The position numbers and the translations under genes were made by a program. The notes under the pieces are model-generated. The model saw only the letters and a program-made list of their open reading frames with translations. It was not told the DNA's origin and made no database searches. This document shows, one piece after another, positions 60,175-64,000 of a stretch of DNA of 64,000 nucleotides (positions are counted from its first letter, which is position 1; each line of letters begins with the position of its first letter). The stretch comes from an uncultured Acidobacteriota bacterium (GTDB lineage: Bacteria; Acidobacteriota; UBA6911): positions 32,001 to 96,000 of the forward strand of contig CAWEJX010000005.1 in the NCBI GenBank assembly GCA_963809485.1, in the 5' to 3' direction.

Positions 60175-62861
60175 TATTTCGGCAAAATCTGCTCGAGGAT
60201 GGATTCGTGGATCTTTTCGCGGGCATCGGCAATCGCGCCGGCAGAGACCGGGTCCGGTGAACCGCCGGTCAAAAACACCACGAAAAGCTGGCGGGACGGA
60301 TCAATCCATAGTGAAGAGCCTTCTGGCGAGCTGTACCCGTACGCCGAAGATGAAAACAGGCGGCCGGTCCAGTCCAAAACGGAAGGTCTCTGCCATGCGC
60401 CATTGCCGGCCGTGAAACCGGCGACGGTTTTGGCTTTGAAATATCGCCGGTGGTCATAAATGCCGCGGTACAGCAGCATCTGGGCAAAAACGCCCAGATC
60501 CCTCGCGCTGGTTACCAGCGCCTTGTGCCCCGGCGGCGCGTAGGAGGAGCTCTTCATCCCGAGCGGCTCGAAAATCTGCCGGGCGAGAAACTGCCGGAAA
60601 GGAAGGCCGGACACGCGCGACACGATTTCCTCCAGCAGGCCCCGCAGCGCATCACTGTAGACAGCAGAGCTCCCGGTGCCGTTGGACAAGCCAGACAAAA
60701 GGTCCCGCACCCGGAGGCGCGCGATATCCTCGCCCGTGTACTCGGGAACATAATCCCGAACCGGAGCCTCCGTCATAAGTTCTCCCGACTCGGCCGCCAG
60801 CATGGCCGCCGTCGAAACGATGATGTTCGAAAGCGGGCCCGCATCGAGCGCGTCATCCGCGGCAATAGGCGGGGCGCCCGCTGCCGGCGCGCTTTTTCCG
60901 GCAGCCCAATTCAGAGCGACGGCGCCCTTGTACCCGACCAGCAGCTGAGCGCCCGCGAACAGTCCCGCTTCGACGCCAGACTGGAGGAGTTCCCTGGTTT
61001 TGGCAAAGGCCGCGCCGGGAATCCCTGCGGCGCCCGCTTCTTCTCTCAGCACCAGCTCCAATTTAGGAATTTGCATACCATCGCCCAGCCGGGCGTGTTC
61101 GGGGATCGACACGGGCATTCTGCCCTGCACGGCGATTTCGCCGGCAAGCGCCCTGGCGGCCGCGATCTGGGAAACGTCCGAATAACTGAAGGCGCAGATG
61201 TAAGTCCCGATCTGCGGGGCAAAGCGGAGCACGTAGGGATTTCCGAAGGAGATCCAGATCAGCGGCTTGCCCGACGCCAGGAGCTTTTGAAAAATCGGCC
61301 TCTGGGTTCCGGGAATCGACACGTTATTGGACCCGGAACTCAGCCGGACCAGCGTCGAGCAGAGGACCACGTCCGAGCGCCCGGCCGCTTTTTCAATATC
61401 CTCCAATAGGTCCGGCGAGACGCGCGCGTTGGCCCACGCGGTTCGAAGGGAGGGGAACCGTTTGCGCAATTCCGCCTGGAATACCGAACCGGGCGAAGAT
61501 TCCAGGTCGGATGCGAGCACGAGGCTGAAGAGCTTCAGGTCGCCGGCCGGATTCAGGGGCAGAAGGCTCTGCTTATCCCTGACGACGGTGATGGACTGGT
61601 CCGCGATGTCCTGGGCCAGCTTCTCACTTTGCGGCGATGCCACGATGTCGCCGATCCGGCTGATGGAAACGGTCCGGCGCTGCTGCAGCCCCAGCCGGCT
61701 CTTGACGTGCAGGATTTTAGCCACCGATTGATTGATGCGGCTTTCGGATATGTCGCCCCGTTTGACCGCCCGCTCGACTTCCTGGATGGCCACGACCGCG
61801 TCGGGAGGCAGCAGCAGGACATCCGCGCCCGCCTGGATGGCGCGCACCGCCGCCATCCCGCACCAGTACTGGTTTTTGATGCCGCCCATCTCCAGAGCAT
61901 CCGTGACGACAAGCCCTCTGAATTTGAGTGAATCGCGCAGCAGGCCAGTCAGTATTTTCGCAGACAGCGTCGCCGGCTCTTCCGGATCTCCGGTCAGTTT
62001 GGGAACGGCGACATGCGCGGTCATGACGGTATCCACTCCGGCTTCAATGGCGCTGCGGAACGGGGCGAGCTCCAGCGACTCCAAACGGTTCAGGTCCGAT
62101 GGGATCACCGGCAGACCCACATGGGAGTCGGTGGCCGTGTCGCCGTGCCCGGGAAAATGCTTTGCCGTAGTCAGGACTCCCCCTTTTTTCGCCCCGCGTA
62201 TGAATGCAGAACCCAAACGGGCCACCAGCTGGGGATCCTCACCGAAGGAGCGTATGTTGATGACGGGGTTCGCAGGATTGTTGTTGACGTCCACCACCGG
62301 GGCAAATATCCAGTGGACTCCCAGCGCCCTGGATTCCTGGGCGGTGATGTATCCCTGGTCGAAGGCAAACTGCTCGGATCCGGCGGCGCCCAGCGCCATT
62401 GTCCACGGAAACGACGTCGTGTCGGAAATCCGGAACGAGGCGCCCCGCTCGAAATCGGCAGACACCAGCAGCGGCAATCTGGATATGGTCTGCAGCTCGT
62501 TGAGCAGGATAGCGGATTCGTAAACGTTCCCGGCAAACAGCACAACCCCGCCGACGTTGTTTTTGCGCACCAGGTCCTTGATATCCTCGAACTCCGGGCT
62601 GTGCCGGTTGACGAACTTTCCCGGCACGCGTATCTGGACGAGCTGGGCGATCTTCTCGCGCAAAGTGAGGCTTTTGAGTGTCAAGTCGGCCCACGATTTG
62701 CTGAAATCCTGGGCAACGGAGGCGCCGGAAAGACTGAAGAAAATCAACACAAACAGTGCGATCGAGCGGGCTGGACAGCCGCTGAAGCTTCGAGCCATCC
62801 GGTGCGGCGAAGCTTCAACGGCCCGAAGACACGGCAAAAGGCGCGGCAGGTGTTCAGACAT
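60174..62861 (-). CDS. GH3 beta-N-acetylglucosaminidase fused to a shortened beta-lactamase-like domain
   Basis: SADFERG, APVVDVN, RSFGEDP, KHFPGHGDT.TDSH, TDALEM; C-terminal IFEPLGM, SSLWIDP. Confidence 0.88.
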   Translation of the reverse strand: MSEHLPRLLPCLRAVEASPHRMARSFSGCPARSIALFVLIFFSLSGASVAQDFSKSWADLTLKSLTLREKIAQLVQIRVPGKFVNRHSPEFEDIKDLVRKNNVGGVVLFAGNVYESAILLNELQTISRLPLLVSADFERGASFRISDTTSFPWTMALGAAGSEQFAFDQGYITAQESRALGVHWIFAPVVDVNNNPANPVINIRSFGEDPQLVARLGSAFIRGAKKGGVLTTAKHFPGHGDTATDSHVGLPVIPSDLNRLESLELAPFRSAIEAGVDTVMTAHVAVPKLTGDPEEPATLSAKILTGLLRDSLKFRGLVVTDALEMGGIKNQYWCGMAAVRAIQAGADVLLLPPDAVVAIQEVERAVKRGDISESRINQSVAKILHVKSRLGLQQRRTVSISRIGDIVASPQSEKLAQDIADQSITVVRDKQSLLPLNPAGDLKLFSLVLASDLESSPGSVFQAELRKRFPSLRTAWANARVSPDLLEDIEKAAGRSDVVLCSTLVRLSSGSNNVSIPGTQRPIFQKLLASGKPLIWISFGNPYVLRFAPQIGTYICAFSYSDVSQIAAARALAGEIAVQGRMPVSIPEHARLGDGMQIPKLELVLREEAGAAGIPGAAFAKTRELLQSGVEAGLFAGAQLLVGYKGAVALNWAAGKSAPAAGAPPIAADDALDAGPLSNIIVSTAAMLAAESGELMTEAPVRDYVPEYTGEDIARLRVRDLLSGLSNGTGSSAVYSDALRGLLEEIVSRVSGLPFRQFLARQIFEPLGMKSSSYAPPGHKALVTSARDLGVFAQMLLYRGIYDHRRYFKAKTVAGFTAGNGAWQRPSVLDWTGRLFSSSAYGYSSPEGSSLWIDPSRQLFVVFLTGGSPDPVSAGAIADAREKIHESILEQILPK

Positions 62862-63348
62862 CCTGCTTTTCCTCGAATACTCCGGCTTTCCTGTTTTTGT
62901 GGACGTTGTCCCAGCGGAAATACCGGCCGTTCATTGCGATGTAAACTCCCTCAGGCAGGCTCTGGGCAAATGCCAGAGCGCTGCCCAGGTTAAACAGACC
63001 GTCCGAACTGCCGAACTTGAAAGGCACCATGGCGCCTGTCAGGACAATGGTTTTGTCCAGGGACGCCTCGCCCAGAATGCGGGCGGTTTCCTCCATGGTG
63101 TCGGTGCCGTGGGTGATGACGATGTGGCTTTCCGGACATTTGCGGCAGTTTTCCAGAACGATTTGCCGGTCCGAATCCGTCATTTCCAGGCTGTCGATCA
63201 TCATGAGCGTGCGTATGTCCACCTTCACTTTGCACCGGCCCAGTTCCAGCATCTCGGGCAGGTGGGAGTCCCGGAAATAGAGCTTGCCCTCCAGCTCGTC
63301 GTATTCCTTGTCGAAAGTCCCGCCGGTCACCAGGATTCGGACAGTCAT
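62854..63348 (-). CDS. Single-domain asparaginase-like protein
   Basis: TGGTFDK, DSLEM, ITHGTDTM, VLTGAM. Confidence 0.87.
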   Translation of the reverse strand: MTVRILVTGGTFDKEYDELEGKLYFRDSHLPEMLELGRCKVKVDIRTLMMIDSLEMTDSDRQIVLENCRKCPESHIVITHGTDTMEETARILGEASLDKTIVLTGAMVPFKFGSSDGLFNLGSALAFAQSLPEGVYIAMNGRYFRWDNVHKNRKAGVFEEKQDV

Positions 63349-63354
63349 TGTGTG

Positions 63355-63831
63355 CTACCCCATGTAAAGCGTCTGGGTGTTTACCGGGAGACCGAGCAGC
63401 TTGAGATACGTGAAGAGCTGCATCTTGTGGTGGACGAAGTGATCGCGGAAATCAAGCGCCATCCGCTCGATCTTGTTTTGCCAGCCCCAGGGAACCGAAA
63501 CCATTTTGCTGGCGAAATCCTCCTCCGAAATGCCTGCCAGGAGTTCACGAAGCGTGGTCTTGTCCTTTTCAAGTTTGGCAAGAGCTTCCTGGACATTGCA
63601 GCTGGGCGTAGGCGGAGGGCCCCCGGCCGTATCCATTTGTGGCCAGCTGTTGGTGATCGCCATGCGCAATTCGCTGCCGATGCCCTCGCCCAGGTGGCAG
63701 ATAAGCTGCCCCATGCTCATGAAAGTCGGACCCGGCTTCCAATCCAGCTTATCGGCAGGAACCATCTTTAACATCGTCTCGGCAGGCTTAAATGCGTCCA
63801 GAGAATATTGGATAAACTCGTCCTTTTTCAC
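63355..63831 (-). CDS. DinB/YfiT family protein
   Basis: LDWKP..MS.GQL..H, DH.VHHKMQLF.YLK.LG. Confidence 0.85.
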   Translation of the reverse strand: MKKDEFIQYSLDAFKPAETMLKMVPADKLDWKPGPTFMSMGQLICHLGEGIGSELRMAITNSWPQMDTAGGPPPTPSCNVQEALAKLEKDKTTLRELLAGISEEDFASKMVSVPWGWQNKIERMALDFRDHFVHHKMQLFTYLKLLGLPVNTQTLYMG

Positions 63832-63918
63832 GATTTTTTCCCCCTTGTCTGTAGAATTTTTTGGCCAAATCAGGGTATCACAAAGGCATGCGGAAGTCAG
63901 GTGTTGGCACTCCGTGCC

Positions 63919-63984
63919 GTGGAACGTTTGAACGTTTGCACGTTTGAACGTTTGCACGTTGAACGTTTTCCACCTTCCACCTTT
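63919..63984. repeat. AACGTT array (family D)
   Basis: gtggaacgtttgaacgtttgcacgtttgaacgtttgcacgttgaacgttttccaccttccacc. Confidence 0.8.
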
Positions 63985-64000
63985 CACAAAAATACCAAGA

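Overview
GC-rich bacterial chromosome segment; an Acidobacteriota-like lineage is inferred from protein character and gene order, not proven. Most of it is housekeeping: 7TM-HD/ybeY/CBS-CorC, ribD, thiE, accBC, pilMNOPQ, rplM-rpsI-rpsB-tsf-pyrH-frr, efp, speA, argH, rnz, lepB, carAB, mglBA, sua5, hrpB and a GH3 fusion. Two things stand out. (1) A dense, modular intergenic repeat system. Nine copies of a non-autonomous element with IS200/IS605-type terminal hairpins carry nested inverted-repeat cassettes whose loops occur in both orientations. A 310-bp IR-bounded REP-hairpin cassette is docked at the element's left end in two copies, and its interior is inverted between them. Several families of phased short repeats (AACGTT, ACGCYGA) sit at gene ends. 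(2) A collapsed flagellar locus. A sigma-54 activator, a sigma-54 promoter, flhG and fliA are intact, while flhA and probably fliM survive only as short eroded N-terminal remnants, and DnaA-box-like sites lie over the activator promoter. rpsB and hrpB each carry a single extra base, most likely a sequencing error. No rRNA, tRNA, CRISPR array, prophage or transposase gene was recognised.
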